A DNA stretch of 64,000 nt from Felis catus (Eukaryota), in contig NC_058368.1 of assembly GCF_018350175.1 (NCBI RefSeq), positions 197,780,001 through 197,844,000 of the forward strand, in the 5' to 3' direction. Each line of letters begins with the position of its first letter. The stretch's first letter is position 1. The notes beneath the pieces were generated by a model. The model made no database searches and was not told the origin of the DNA. It saw only the letters and a list, made by a program, of their open reading frames with translations. A program made the translations under genes and the position numbers. Shown here piece after piece: positions 11,767 to 23,885 of this stretch.

Positions 11767-13290
11767 TATATGCTGCCTGTAAGAGAGGCCCATGAAATGT
11801 AAGGTGACAGTAAGGTTGATATAAAATAATGGAAAACTACAATATGCAAATACTAATCAAAAGAAAGGTGGTGTAGCTGTGATGAAATAAAACTAAGGCA
11901 CGTCATCTTACCTGAGATAAAGAGATTTCGTTATAAGAAAAATGTCAATTCAATAGGGAGTTCTACTATAACCTTAGAATATACCTTGAGACAAGACACT
12001 AAATGTGCACACAGATAAAATTGCATATGTGTGTATTATATATAATTGTTATCCATATGTTCGTGTGTATATTCACACTGTATACAGGCTGACCTCAGGC
12101 AGGAAGTGTCATTGGATTATACAGCTCTTTTCAGCCAAAGGCTCTTCCTAGACAAGGCTGAGAACTCAGAGCTGTCAGCAGACAGAGTTTATACTAGGGA
12201 GAAAAGCCTTTCAACCTTTAAAAATTTTTTTTTTCAACGTTTATTTATTTTTGCGACAGAGAGAGACAGAGCATGAACAGGGGAGGGGCAGAGAGAGAGG
12301 GAGACACAGAATCGGAAACAGGCTCCAGGCTCTGAGCCATCAGCCCAGAGCCTGACGCGGGGCTTGAACTCACGGACCGCGAGATCGTGACCTGGCTGAA
12401 GTCGGACGCTTAACCAACTGCGCCACCCAGGCGCCCCTACCTTTTAAAGAGATCCAGTCTGTCATTGTATCTAATACAAGTGAAGTTTATTCCAGGAATG
12501 TAACACAATCGCTGTAATTCACCATATTAATACAAGAGAGAAGGAAAGCCCACGTGATCATCTCTGTATTGCCAGAAATTCATTGACAAAATTCAGTATC
12601 TGTTCATGATTTAAAAAAATTGTCATCAAACTGAAAATAGAAGAGAGCATCCATAAAAAACTTCTAGCAAGTATCATACTTAATAGTAAAAAATTGAAAC
12701 TCCCTTCCTAAAACTGGGAGGGTAAAATGGTGTCCACTATTACCTGTTCTATTGAAAATTACACTGGAGGTCTTATCGAGGTCAATAATGCAAGGAAAGT
12801 GGTGTTAAGATTGGAAAGGAAGAAATGAAATTTTTAGTATTTGCAGGTCACATGGGTACTTACGGAGAAAATTCATAAGAATCTAGAAATGAAATATTAA
12901 TAACGAATTTAACAAAGTTGCTAGATACATAGCCATACAAAAAAAGTCTTCACTGAATTCTACGTACTAGCAACAAACCATTAAGATTAAGGACTTTAAC
13001 GTGGTACCATTTGCAATAGAATAACAGATACTTAGGAATAAATCTGACAAAAGGCATGCAAGACATTTACACACAAACATTGTAAAATATTACTGAAGTA
13101 AATTTCAAAAGATGTAAGTAATGGAAAGACTTACCATGTTTGTGAATTGGAAAGCTGACCATGGGAAAGAGTCCATTTCCCTCAATCATTCTATTCTGAC
13201 ACCAGTCAAAATCCTCAAAGATTTGTATGGAGATTGATAAGCTAATTCTAAATTTTATATGGGAAATGCTGAGATGTAAGGACAGCCCTG
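11767..13290 (+). mobile_element. Degraded L1 ORF2 fragments (endonuclease start and RT region), interrupted by a SINE
   Basis: tatatgctgcctgtaagaga...atgcaaatactaatcaaaagaaag; gtttattccaggaatg...attcaccatattaa...ttgacaaaattcagtatc..ttcatgatt; taggaataaatctgacaaaag. Confidence 0.75.
12221..12437 (-). mobile_element. Young felid CAN-SINE (SINEC_Fc-type)
   Basis: Near-identical to the 2227-2447 copy. Confidence 0.95.
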
Positions 13291-13543
13291 AGGAAGATGA
13301 GCCTGAGTTCAAAGCCCTTTTCGACCAGATATATTGTGTGCAGGCAGAAGGGAAAGGGAGAGGCTAACTCTGCTATCTGCTGGGCAAAGGGAATGAAGGA
13401 TGATTTTGTCTCTGTCTTATTTCTGCTCTTTCCTGGAGCCTTCAGCTCCTGGTGCTCAGACAATGCCTCTGCGCCCCGGGATGCAATCATGTTTCTCTTC
13501 TATCATTGTGATTCTAGGTGCTGTAGGCTAATAAGAAAAAGAG

Positions 13544-13783
13544 AATTTTGCTGATAAACCTTCTCTTTTTCCCTCCTCCTTTTCCTCTTGTATTTTCCTC
13601 TTCCTTCTCTGCCCTTCTCTGTTCCCCTCCTTTTCTCTCTCCCTTCCAATTCCTCGTTTTCTCTTCTTTTCCATCTTTTTTTCTTTTCTTACAATTTTCC
13701 TCTTTCCCCTCCTGCTTCTTTCTCTTCACTTTTTCCTTCCCTTTTCTCCCTTCTTCCCTCATTATTCTCTCTCTCCAACTCTC
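13544..13783 (+). promoter_or_regulatory. AG-exclusion zone / extended polypyrimidine tract upstream of the common exon, candidate distant branch point CTGAT 13551-13555
   Basis: No AG from 13544 to 13783. Strongly C/T-rich from 13559. Confidence 0.85.
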
Positions 13784-13785
13784 AG

Positions 13786-14354
13786 ATAGAAAAAAGGAAG
13801 TTCAACCAGAACTCTAACTCTACGTATTGTATCTTCATGGTCAACAAGCCCTATGCCATCACCTGCTCTGTGGTGGCCTTCTACATCCCGTTTCTCCTCA
13901 TGGTGCTGGCCTATTATCGCATCTACGTCACAGCGAAGGAACATGCCCACCAGATCCAGATGTTACAACGGGCAGGGGCCCCCTCAGAGGGCAGGCCCCA
14001 GCCGGCCGACCAGCACAGCACTCATCGCATGAGGACAGAGACCAAAGCCGCCAAGACCCTGTGCATCATCATGGGCTGTTTCTGCCTCTGCTGGGCTCCA
14101 TTCTTTGTCACCAATATTGTGGATCCATTCATAGACTACACTGTTCCCGGGCAGGTGTGGACCGCTTTCCTCTGGCTCGGCTACATCAATTCTGGGTTGA
14201 ACCCCTTTCTCTACGCCTTCTTGAATAAGTCTTTTAGACGTGCCTTCCTCATCATCCTCTGCTGTGATGATGAGCGCTACCGAAGACCCTCCATTCTGGG
14301 CCAGGCTGTGCCCTGTTCAACCACAACCATTAATGGATCCACACATGTGCTAAG
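13786..14354 (+). CDS. HTR4: HTR4 common exon (ECL2-TM5-ICL3-TM6-TM7-proximal C-tail, I170-L358)
   Basis: ctcag|ATA GAA AAA AGG... translates [36 protein letters not shown]...CWAPFF...NSGLNPFLY...[31 protein letters not shown]. It ends CTA AG|gtgagt and is 569 nt long, with class A GPCR motifs CWxP and NPxxY. Confidence 0.99.
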
Positions 14355-14494
14355 GTGAGTGTCAGGGGCTCGATAGATTTTGTTGGCTTGCGTGACTCGG
14401 AAGGGCTACCTCTCCAGTTTTTTGTTTCCAGAAGGATTATTCTTGAAAACCTGGGCAATGTTTATAAGGATTAAAGAAAATTCTACCATCTGGT

Positions 14495-15000
14495 CATGAG
14501 GTAGAATAGTGGGTAAGGACTCAGGCTCTGGGAGAGACTGGCCTGTATTCAGATTCACTCTCCACAGTTCTCTGACCTTGGGCAAGTCATTTAAACATTG
14601 TGAAATTTCGTTTCATTTAAAAAAAAAATGAGATCATGTTCACAATATCTACATCATGGGGTTTTTATGAAGATCAAATTAGCTGATGTGTGTGGAGCAC
14701 ACAGTATAGAGCCTGATACCTAGGTGAGCAGTTAGTAAATATTATCTACTGTTATTTATTAGGTAGTGTTTTACAGCCGTGGTTAGCAGCATGGGATTTA
14801 AAGTAAAACAGACTTTATTTTGACTCAATGCCACTACTAATCATTTGTATAATCTCCCTTGGTTTTATTTTACTCCACTCTAAAAAACATAGTAATAATA
14901 ATAATATCCACTTCATAGGGCCATTGTGACAATTAGAAATAATGTATCCATATGGGGACTGACACATAGTAAGCACTCATGATATGACTAACAATATTAT
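14495..15000. mobile_element. MIR fragments
   Basis: MIR core tgaccttgggcaagtcatttaa...tttcattt..aaaatgag, followed by a second partial copy. Confidence 0.6.
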
Positions 15001-16694
15001 TAACGTCAGTAGGAGCAGTAGTAGTAACATACTGCTTGATATCCTAAGATGGCCACAGAATAACGTGATAAACAAAATAAATAGAAGGATAAATATGCAA
15101 CAGTAACACCATGTGATAACTGATGTAATGGAAGGGGAGATCATCTAGAAGGGGGGGTTTGAGGAGGAAAGAAGCTGATTTGGCTTAAGAAAATCAGGGA
15201 AAGTTTCAGAGGACAGCATTTTTTAAGAATTGGAGACTTGGAGGAGAAATCAAGGAAGTCATTCTAGCAGATAGAACAGCATGAGGAAGGAAATGGCATG
15301 TGAAAGAGCATGGGAAGGTCAAGTGGTTTACCCAAGGTCACGTAGGTTGATGGAGATGGGGGGTCACTGTGGAGTTGAATGTTCAGTGACTAGTCATGAT
15401 GCTTCTAAACCCTGAAAATGTTCTGGCTCCCCCGGGCTAGAGTTTTTCTCAGCCATGAAAAACCATATGTAAAAGTACATTCGTCCTATGGCAAAGACGA
15501 ATGAATTGTCAACGGCATTCGCTTTCCTTTGCCCCAAGATGCATAGGAATTTCTAAAAAAGCGGCTCCTTCTTTGACACAAGCATTTAATTTTTTCTGAT
15601 GACAGTATTCAGCTGTCCTGGCAACCCAAAACTGAGGAACTTTCATTTGCATGTGTAAGAAAGGAAGAAGGCAAAATAGGGATTGCAAGTGAAATTCGCC
15701 TCCGAGACTGCTCAGAAGCCTGAATTCAATTTCCTGCTACGAGTGTGGTCTGACTTGTAGTGAAAGCCTAGCATGGTGATGCCAGCTGCTCCAAGAGCCT
15801 CAAAGGCTGCGCCTGTAGGCTCACCTTCTTCCCTGATCATTATGCCTTGAGCGAGTGTCATGGGAAGAATCCAACCATGTAGTAAAGTGTGCATATAGGA
15901 ACTTCTGTGGGGGGGCGCCTAAAAGCTATTTAAGTCAGCAGCTGCCTCAGTACCGGCACCCAACGACTTACACTTGTATGTTCTAGCAGTGCATTTGTGG
16001 AGTCAGTTGTTTATGACTGGGGGGGGGGGGGGGGCTTTTCCAGGACAGCCCAAGAAACCCACCTGACTGATAACGGTGTTTCGTCCCTGCCGCATCTGGA
16101 AACCTGCCGTGTGGTTGTAAAACAGAGATGACAGTTTAGAGGTGGCTGGTGGATGTGCTCTCCATACTTTATTTTTTGTGATTTCTTAATGAGGTAATGA
16201 AAACTGCAGGAAACTGGTCTGAGATACTCCTCTGTGGGGGTGAGAAATCTTCTAAGACGGGGAAGCCTATGCAGAGACGACTGTTGGAGCCCATTGCAGG
16301 GCTCCCCAGCTTGCTTTGAGCCCCCAGGTTGCTAAGGACAGGAATATTGCCTGTTTTGTTCACTGGTCCGTACCAAATACCCAATATGCTGCCCGACATA
16401 CACTAGGAACTTAAACTCTTGATGAGTAAATTCATACATCGTGCAGTGAGTTCTCTAGATCAATTGTATCAATACGCCTTAGGAAAAATTTATATTTTTC
16501 TTAAAAATCCTATGAGCTGGACATCAACAAATTCCGATGGACTCAAGAAATATAAAACCTAAATAATCAAAACTACAATCGGCTTTTGTCCTGGTTTTAT
16601 CCTTCATCTCAAAGACAATTGAAACTAATCCAATGATTTTTTAAATGCATTTGCAAACCTGCATAAAACATACAAATTCATAGATTCCTCTCCC

Positions 16695-17973
16695 TTTTTT
16701 ATTTTATTTTATCTTACTTTACTTTTTTATTTTATTCTTTTTCATCATGATAAGTGCACTCCCTACTCTCCATCCCCTAGCCACATCCCCACCCGCCACC
16801 CTCCCCTCTGGTAACCATCAGCTTGTTCTCCATAGTTAACAGTCCATTTCTTGGTTTGTCTCTCTCTTTGTTTTTCCCTTTGCTCATTTGCCCTGTTTCT
16901 TAAAGTCCACATAGAAGGGAGATCTTAGGGTATTTGTCTTTCTCTGACTGATTTCGCGTAGCATTGTACTCTCTAGTTCCAGCCATGTCATTGCAAATGG
17001 CAAGATTTCGTTCTTTTTTATGGCTGAATAATATTCCAGTATACATACCCACTTCTTCTTTATCCATTCATCTGTTGATGGATACTTGGACTGCTTCCAT
17101 AGTTTGGCTATTGTAAATAATGTTTCAGTAAATACAAGGGTGCATGGATCCTTTTGAATTAGTGTTTTTGTATTTTGGGGGTAAATACCCTGTAGTGCAG
17201 TTACTGGATCNNNNNNNNNNNNNNNNNNNNNNNNNNNNNNNNNNNNNNNNNNNNNNNNNNNNNNNNNNNNNNNNNNNNNNNNNNNNNNNNNNNNNNNNNN
17301 NNNNNNNNNNNNNNNNNNNNNNNNNNNNNNNNNNNNNNNNNNNNNNNNNNNNNNNNNNNNNNNNNNNNNNNNNNNNNNNNNNNNNNNNNNNNNNNNNNNN
17401 NNNNNNNNNNNNNNNNNNNNNNNNNNNNNNNNNNNNNNNNNNNNATGAACATCGTTTCATGTGTCGGTTGGTCATGTGAAGGTCTTCTTTGGAGAGATGT
17501 CTGTTCGTGTCTTCTGCCAATTTTTTAATTGGATCGTTTGTCTTTTGGGTGTTGCGTTGTATCAGTGCTTTATGGATTTTGTATACTCACCCTTTCTTGG
17601 ATATGTCAGTTGCCAATATCTTCTCCCATTCAGTAGGTTGCCTTGTAGGTTTTTTGGTGGTTTCTTTCACTGGGCAGTAACTTTTTATTTTGATTTAGTC
17701 CCAATAGTGTATTTTTGCTTTTATTTCCCTTGCCTCCGGAGACATAGCTGGAAAAATGTTGCTGTGGCCAGTGTCAGAGAAAATTACTGCCTGTGCTCTC
17801 TTCAAGGATTTTTATGGTTTCAGGTGTCACATTTAGGTCTTTACTCCATTTTGGGTTTATCTTCAACAAAGGAGGAATGAATATACAGTGGGGAAAAGAC
17901 TGTCTCTTCAACAAATGGCGTCGGGAAAATTGAACAGCCACATGCAAAAGTATGAAACTGTAGCACTTTCTTA
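16695..17973 (-). mobile_element. 5'-truncated carnivore L1 with inverted 5' segment (twin priming)
   Basis: T-rich tail then antisense L1 3' UTR/ORF2 (gcaaatggcaagatttcgttcttttttatggctgaataatattcc...) to ~17860. It is followed by a sense-oriented piece 17859-17973 (atcttcaacaaagg...gtctcttcaacaaatgg...gaaactg..cactttctta). Confidence 0.88.
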
Positions 17974-17974
17974 T

Positions 17975-18730
17975 CACTTGTATTTTACATAAATGGGGTC
18001 GTTTTATATGTACTTTTTTGCACCTTGCTTTCTATCCCTTAAGAATGTATTTTAGAGATCCTTGCATCTCAGAACATTTAGATCTAAATCATTCTTTTTA
18101 ACTGTTCCATAGGCTTCTGTACTAAAAATACACACTAAAATTGATTTATTTCCCATTATTGGATATGTAGGGGTTTCCATTCTTTTGCTGTATCCAACTG
18201 TACTGTTTTTAATGCCCTTGAACACATTTCTTTGTGCATATGTATTCCTTTTAGATAGCTACCCAAAATAAAATTGCTCTATTGATGTATATGTGCATTT
18301 ACAAATGTTAGGTTTACTTTAAGGTTGACCTTCTAGAATGCCGTAGAGATTTGTAGTCTCATCAGCAGCGTACGAGAGTAGCCTCTACTCCTTCCCTTCA
18401 CCAACACTGTACATTACTCGTCTTTTCCTATTTTGCTGATTACAGAAACGTTCTTTCACTGAATTTGCATTTTCCAGGTGGTTTGTTAGGTTGAACCTCT
18501 TCTAAGTTAATTGCTGACTAATTTCAAAGTTGTTGGCAAATATTTATCCTTACGTGAACTGCATTTTCACATACATCGTGCTTTGTGTGACAACTTTGTT
18601 GTATTTTTCTTATGAATTTCTGAGTGTTCTTTATTATCATCTAAATGTTAATCCTTGTTACATAATTTTCAAACTTTCCCTTCTCTTCCGCTTGCTTTTG
18701 AACTTGGGTTGACTTTTGTCATATAAAAGT
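17975..18730 (-). mobile_element. Ancient L1M 3' region
   Basis: acataaatgggg..tatatgtactt...gagatcc...ttcaccaacactg...atttgcatttt degraded antisense L1M pattern. Confidence 0.6.
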
Positions 18731-18774
18731 TCCAAAGCTCAAAAGCGCTATTTATTTGGCCTCTTGCAGTTAAC

Positions 18775-19250
18775 CTGTCTTCCTTCTTGAAATGTTTTTG
18801 ACATTCATTTTCCCGGACAGTATACTTCCCTGGTTTGCCTCCTGACTCACCAGCAACTCCTTCTTAGTATCTTTTATAGGTTCTTCCTTCTCTATCTGGC
18901 CTCCAAATGTTAGAGTTCTTCAGGGCTCGGTTCTTCATTGTCTTCTCAAATGACATTCTCGCTTTAAATGTGATTTGACCATCCATAGCTTTAAATACCA
19001 TCTATGAGCCATTAATCTCTTTTTAATTAGTAGCTCTAGATCAGAGCTGTCCTCTGAGCTCCAGACCACAAAATCCAAATTACTTCCTTGACAGCCTCAC
19101 ATAGGTGCCTCTCGGGAATCTCACATTTAATGTCCCTTAAACAGAACTCTCCTATATACCTGCCCACCCGCCCACCCCAGACTTCCTGAGTCTCCTCTAT
19201 CTCCAAAAGTACCACTGTCACCTACCACGTTACTAAACCTGGACACTTTC
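18775..19250 (+). mobile_element. L2 LINE fragment (RT region)
   Basis: ccttcttgaaa...ctggtttgcctcct...aaatgttagagttcttcagggctcggttctt...ctttaaataccatctatg...tgagctccagac; degraded GVPQGSVL region. Confidence 0.75.
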
Positions 19251-19363
19251 TGTGGCTCTCAAGGAGAACTAACATATAAGTGACAGATGGAAAGCGTTAA
19301 GAAAGAAAAACCCATCAGCTGATATTGAAAATATGGAGTTCGATCTAAAATAAATGCAAAATT

Positions 19364-19580
19364 GGGGCGCCTGGGTGGCTCAGTTGGTTGAGCGTCCGAC
19401 TTCGGCTCAGGTCATGATCTCGCGGTCCGTGAGTTCGAGCCCCGCGTTGGGCTCTGTGCTGACAGCTCAGAGCCTGGAGCCTGCTTCAGATTCTGTGTCT
19501 CCCTCTCGCTGACCCTTCCCCGTTCATGCTGTGTCTCTCTCTGTCTCAAAAATAAATAAATATTAAAAAAATTTTTTTTA
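19364..19580 (+). mobile_element. CAN-SINE
   Basis: ggggcgcctgggtggctcagttggttgagcgtccgacttcggctcagg...; TSD aaataaatgcaaaat. Confidence 0.95.
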
Positions 19581-19677
19581 AATAAATGCAAAATCTAATC
19601 ATAGTGACAAAATGTAAACCACAGAAATGTAGATGATGCCTGAACCTCCTGCTGCATGTTTAAAATTTGGAATTTCA

Positions 19678-19790
19678 GGGGTGCCTGGCTGGCTCAGTCC
19701 AAAGAGCACATGACTCTTGATCTTAGGGTCGTTGAGTTTCGAGTCCCATGTTGAGTAGGAGATTAGTTAAAAATAAAATAAAATAAAAAT
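19678..19790 (+). mobile_element. Short older CAN-SINE
   Basis: ggggtgcctggctggctcagtc..agagca..tgactcttgatcttagggtc..gagtttcgagtcccatgttg plus A-tail. Confidence 0.8.
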
Positions 19791-20611
19791 TGGAACTTGA
19801 TAAGTGCAACTCCATTTCCTCATGCAAAGCATCCATTGACAAATTCATGTCATTCTGTGTTATTAATAATGATTATGATGCCGAGCATAACTCAAAAAAA
19901 AAGTGCCAGTTACTGAATTTAAGAACTTTGAATGCATTACTGCATTTAATTTTTTACAACAACCGAGTAGGCTGCTATTGTAATTATCGTGATTTTAACA
20001 GTGAGAAAATCCAGGGTTTAAAGAGAGTATCTAACTGGCCCAAGATCACACAAAGTCTTCATGATTGTCTGCAGGCTAATGAAATATTAAAACACTCAAA
20101 ACTGAAAATCATCTTGCCTTTCCTGAGAATCTATAAGGTATAGAGGAGTTAGTCTGCGACCTAAGAATCACACTGGGGAGAGCCGGGTCATGACAACACT
20201 CTGAAACTGTGGGGCCTTTTTCTCTTAAAGTCTTCTTGAGAAAATGGAATTCTGCTTTTCCAGGTTGAATTAAAAACAGGCCAGTCTGCCTCAGTGGTTT
20301 GGAATAGTAGGTCTAGCCACGTAGTCCTTTGACTTGTATTACATTTTGTTATTGAACAAACACATGGGCAACCAAAGAAATAAAATAAGCTTTTGCAAGA
20401 CAGTCTTAGAGAACTTTGCCCACTCAAATTGAATGAAATAATGTACCATGTAGCAGAGATGTCTGCAGTTGTGTTTGGTGTTCTGTGAGATAAGCATCTT
20501 CTTTGGAATATCCAGCTCATGATCAAAATAGAAGTGAAAATGCCATTGATTGGCTCCTGAAGTAGTTTGTCTAGACAGGTAGGTTACATAGCCTTTTAAA
20601 AATAGTTTCCA

Positions 20612-20828
20612 GGGGCGCCTGGGTGGCGCAGTCGGTTAAGCGTCCGATTTCAGCCAGGTCACGATCTCGCGGTCCGTGAGTTCGAGCCCCGCGTCGGGCT
20701 CTGGGCTGATGGCTCGGAGCCTGGAGCCTGTTTCCGATTCTGTGTCTCCCTCTCTCTCTGCTGCTCCCCTGTTCACGCTCTGTCTCTCTCTGTCCCAAAA
20801 ATAAATAAATGTTGAAAAAAAATTAAAA
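20612..20828 (+). mobile_element. Young felid CAN-SINE (SINEC_Fc-type)
   Basis: ggggcgcctgggtggcgcagtcggttaagcg...; TSD aaaaatagtttcca. Confidence 0.95.
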
Positions 20829-20920
20829 AAAAAATAGTTTCCAAACATGAATTATTGTCATATATATGTTTCTTGGGGCAGTTTTAACTTGTATGCCCAC
20901 ATATATTAGAAAGAGGCATA

Positions 20921-21120
20921 GGGGCACCTGGGTGGCTCAGTCCGTTGAACATTTGACTCTTGATTTCAGCTCAGGTCATGATCTCACAGTTCATGGGATC
21001 AAGCCCCATGTTGGGCTCTGCACTGACAGTGTGGAGCCTGCCTGGGATTCTCTATCTCCCTCTCTCTTCCCCTTCCCCCCGCCTCTCAAATAAATAAATA
21101 AACATTAAAAAAAAAAAAAA
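20921..21120 (+). mobile_element. CAN-SINE
   Basis: ggggcacctgggtggctcagtccgttgaac...ctcaggtcatgatctc...A-tail; TSD-like gaggcata. Confidence 0.9.
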
Positions 21121-21379
21121 AGAAGGAGGAGGAGGAGGCATAATGCCAGTGTATGGGCAATGGATTCTAAGAGGTTCGTCATTTGTATGAACTGATTCTT
21201 AGTGGATTTGGGGCCAGCTTCTCTCTCCTTGTCACTTCTTTAACTTGGCTCTATAGTTGTTCTCCCCATCCACCAGTCTGTCTTAGTCTTATAGAAGAGT
21301 CACTTTGCCCACTCTATGAAACTCCCATCAGACATAATGGCAGAGAAGGAAGAAATCACCCAGTGAGAAGACATTGACT

Positions 21380-21760
21380 CCATTCCTACTCAAGTCAGGG
21401 ACAAGACAGGTTGCCTCATCACCTGTGCTGTTCACCATTGCATACAAAATCCAAATGACAGAAAGGAGAAATAAGAAGTATAAAACTTAGAAAAAAGAGC
21501 AAAGCTGTGACTATGGTTATTTACCGGGAAAATCCCACAGTAAACTGAAAATGAAGACATTTCACAAGGATGTCCAGATACTGTATAACTAACTCAACAT
21601 TCAGCGATTCCTACATACTAGAAATCACCAGTTAGAATGTGGATCAGTAAAAATACCACCATCCACAGGAGCAGTCACTAAAGTTACTTAAAAAAAAAGT
21701 GCAAAATAAAAATGTAAGATCTTTATCGAAGGGAACTTAAATACTTTCCTAAAGGAGAAG
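21380..21760 (+). mobile_element. Degraded L1 ORF2 fragment
   Basis: tcagggacaagacaggttgcc...gttcaccattg...gaaataagaagtataaaa...gaaaatccca. Confidence 0.55.
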
Positions 21761-23885
21761 TCAAAGATACTGTGAAGGGTTCACTGCGGAGAGCAGAAGA
21801 AAAAAAAAAAATCCAGATTTTTCTTTTGAAACTACAGGAAACTCGTCAGAAGCCTAGGTTTGCAGACTCTGAAAGGTGATTTATTAGGTTCTGAGTAGGT
21901 TATTAGGTTTGATTCACAGTAACTGTGCACGGGGCATCGACTTGCCATGCACTGTGTAGGGGGGTGGTAGAGAGAGAAAAATGAGACTCGGTATCTCACA
22001 GAGCTCACAGCCTCACTGAAGAAAGAGACACACGAGCAAATAATCACAGCACAGTGGACATCACCGGGATCGTGCGCAAGGTTTACTGGGAGCTGGAGGG
22101 ATTGCTACCTAACCAACAGTTTCCTCGTCGTCACTGATGAGGCTCTCTTTCCATTGGATGAATGTCAAGGATCTTGCCAGTGCTGTTCACTGCTGCCTGA
22201 GGAGTCTCCTCTCTGAGGAGAGCCTAGTAAAGGGCCTGGCGCGTTGTGAGGCTTGACAAGGGGTAAAGGAATGTTTCTGTCCCTTTCCCCAGGCTCGCTT
22301 CTCTTCTGTTTGACTGTCTTTATGGAGAGTAGCCCTCGATGGTCCAAGGCAGAGTAAGGATTTGTGGCATTGAGTGTAACCTTAGAACAGAAATTTTTCT
22401 CTACATGAAATCCACAGAGGATTCCATTGTTGGCTTCTTGGGTAAATAATCCCTGGCCTGCCTGTCTCACTACCTCATTGTGAAAATCAAACGAGGTAAT
22501 GGAGGTGAAATTGCTTTGCTAACTGCAGAGCTCTGTCCTCAGGGGAGAGATAATGATGTGATGAGAACAGACTATTTATAAGTTAGGTAAATAGCTAAGA
22601 CTGCATGCTTAGCAATGCAGAGACGGCATGGAGAGTTTAGCTTTGGGGATGGATTTCTCTGCTCCCAGGCCAGGCTGAGATGACTCCCTGGTTCTCCAGG
22701 TGCAGACCTCGCCCAAAGCTGGGACACTCACCTGGCTCCTCAGAAGGCTGAGAATTTCGGCCAGCACTTCCCAGAGAACTTCTTGTTTGTCTGACTTGGC
22801 TCTTGGCTGCTGTCCTCCTTACCCACCATCAATCTGCCTGATAAACAGGGGTTTTTTGTTGACTTGGGGAATCTCTAGGGCTGTGTTGTCCTATAGGGTA
22901 ACCATTAACATTCCAAACACTCAGTAGCCGCATGTTATAAATGGAATACTTTCATTATTGTAGCAAGTTCTACTGGAGAAAACAGCTCTAGAGCTCTGTG
23001 AGCCTTCTGTCTGGAATAAGGCAGCATATGCTTTCCTTCGGACTTACGAAGTGTTATCAACCAAAGCTCAATAATAAATAAGGCAATTCTGACGGATGCG
23101 CCATATAAGTCTTTGACATTGCCACGCACAACATATTCAGGTTTAAATAGGGAATCGATAGGGGAGGAAAATATGAAGATAGAGAGAAAAAAGTGAGAAA
23201 GAGGCAAAGAAAACTAAAAACCAGTAGGAGAAAAGCATTTTTTTTCCGGGCTATTACTTTTTGTTGTTTCCTTGATAAATAACAATGGTCAGAAGTTATC
23301 CTTGTATTTAGTTGCTGCTTAATTATCTACTACCTGTGCCCCCAGCCGGACTGTCAGTACATAAGGGCAGGTTACATGTCTATTTTATTTCCGAAAGTTC
23401 CCCGAGGGTATAGCCCTTTGCTCAGTTAATACCCTTATTGGTTGACTGGATGGACGCTCTTATCAAATCCCGTTAACCACCTGGAATAGGTATACTCAAA
23501 TAAGTTTTCACCCCTTAAAAAAAAATATTTATGAATCCCATAACCGGAGTCCTTGTTTTTTTTTTTCACTGTGCTGCTGCTTCCCAACTTTCAATCTCAA
23601 CACACCAGAATTCCCCTTTTAAACAGAGGTTTTCACACCGCGGTCTAGATTACCCATGGGTGAGCCAATAATTTAGGTGTGCTCTTACTTTGGATCCTGA
23701 GAGGTTTCGGCTAATGTTGGAAAGCTGTTTGACATTTAACAGCCATTTTGTGGCCTTTACCTTGAACTCCGGAGGTTATAGTTGGATTCAACAGTTAGCT
23801 CATTGTTTTGAGCCAGTGCAGACTGAATCTGGGTGAATCGAAGATGGTTTGAGGATGACCTTGCCTCGTATCCTGCAGCCTCCAC

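Noticed and set aside
13588-13785. N-terminal part of the 256-aa ORF (F/S/L/P-rich)
   Set aside because: It is a translation of the intronic polypyrimidine tract. The real exon starts after CAG at 13786.
19364-19445. tRNA-like A/B-box heads
   Set aside because: These are the tRNA-derived heads of CAN-SINEs, followed by CT-rich bodies, A-tails and TSDs. They are not tRNA genes.
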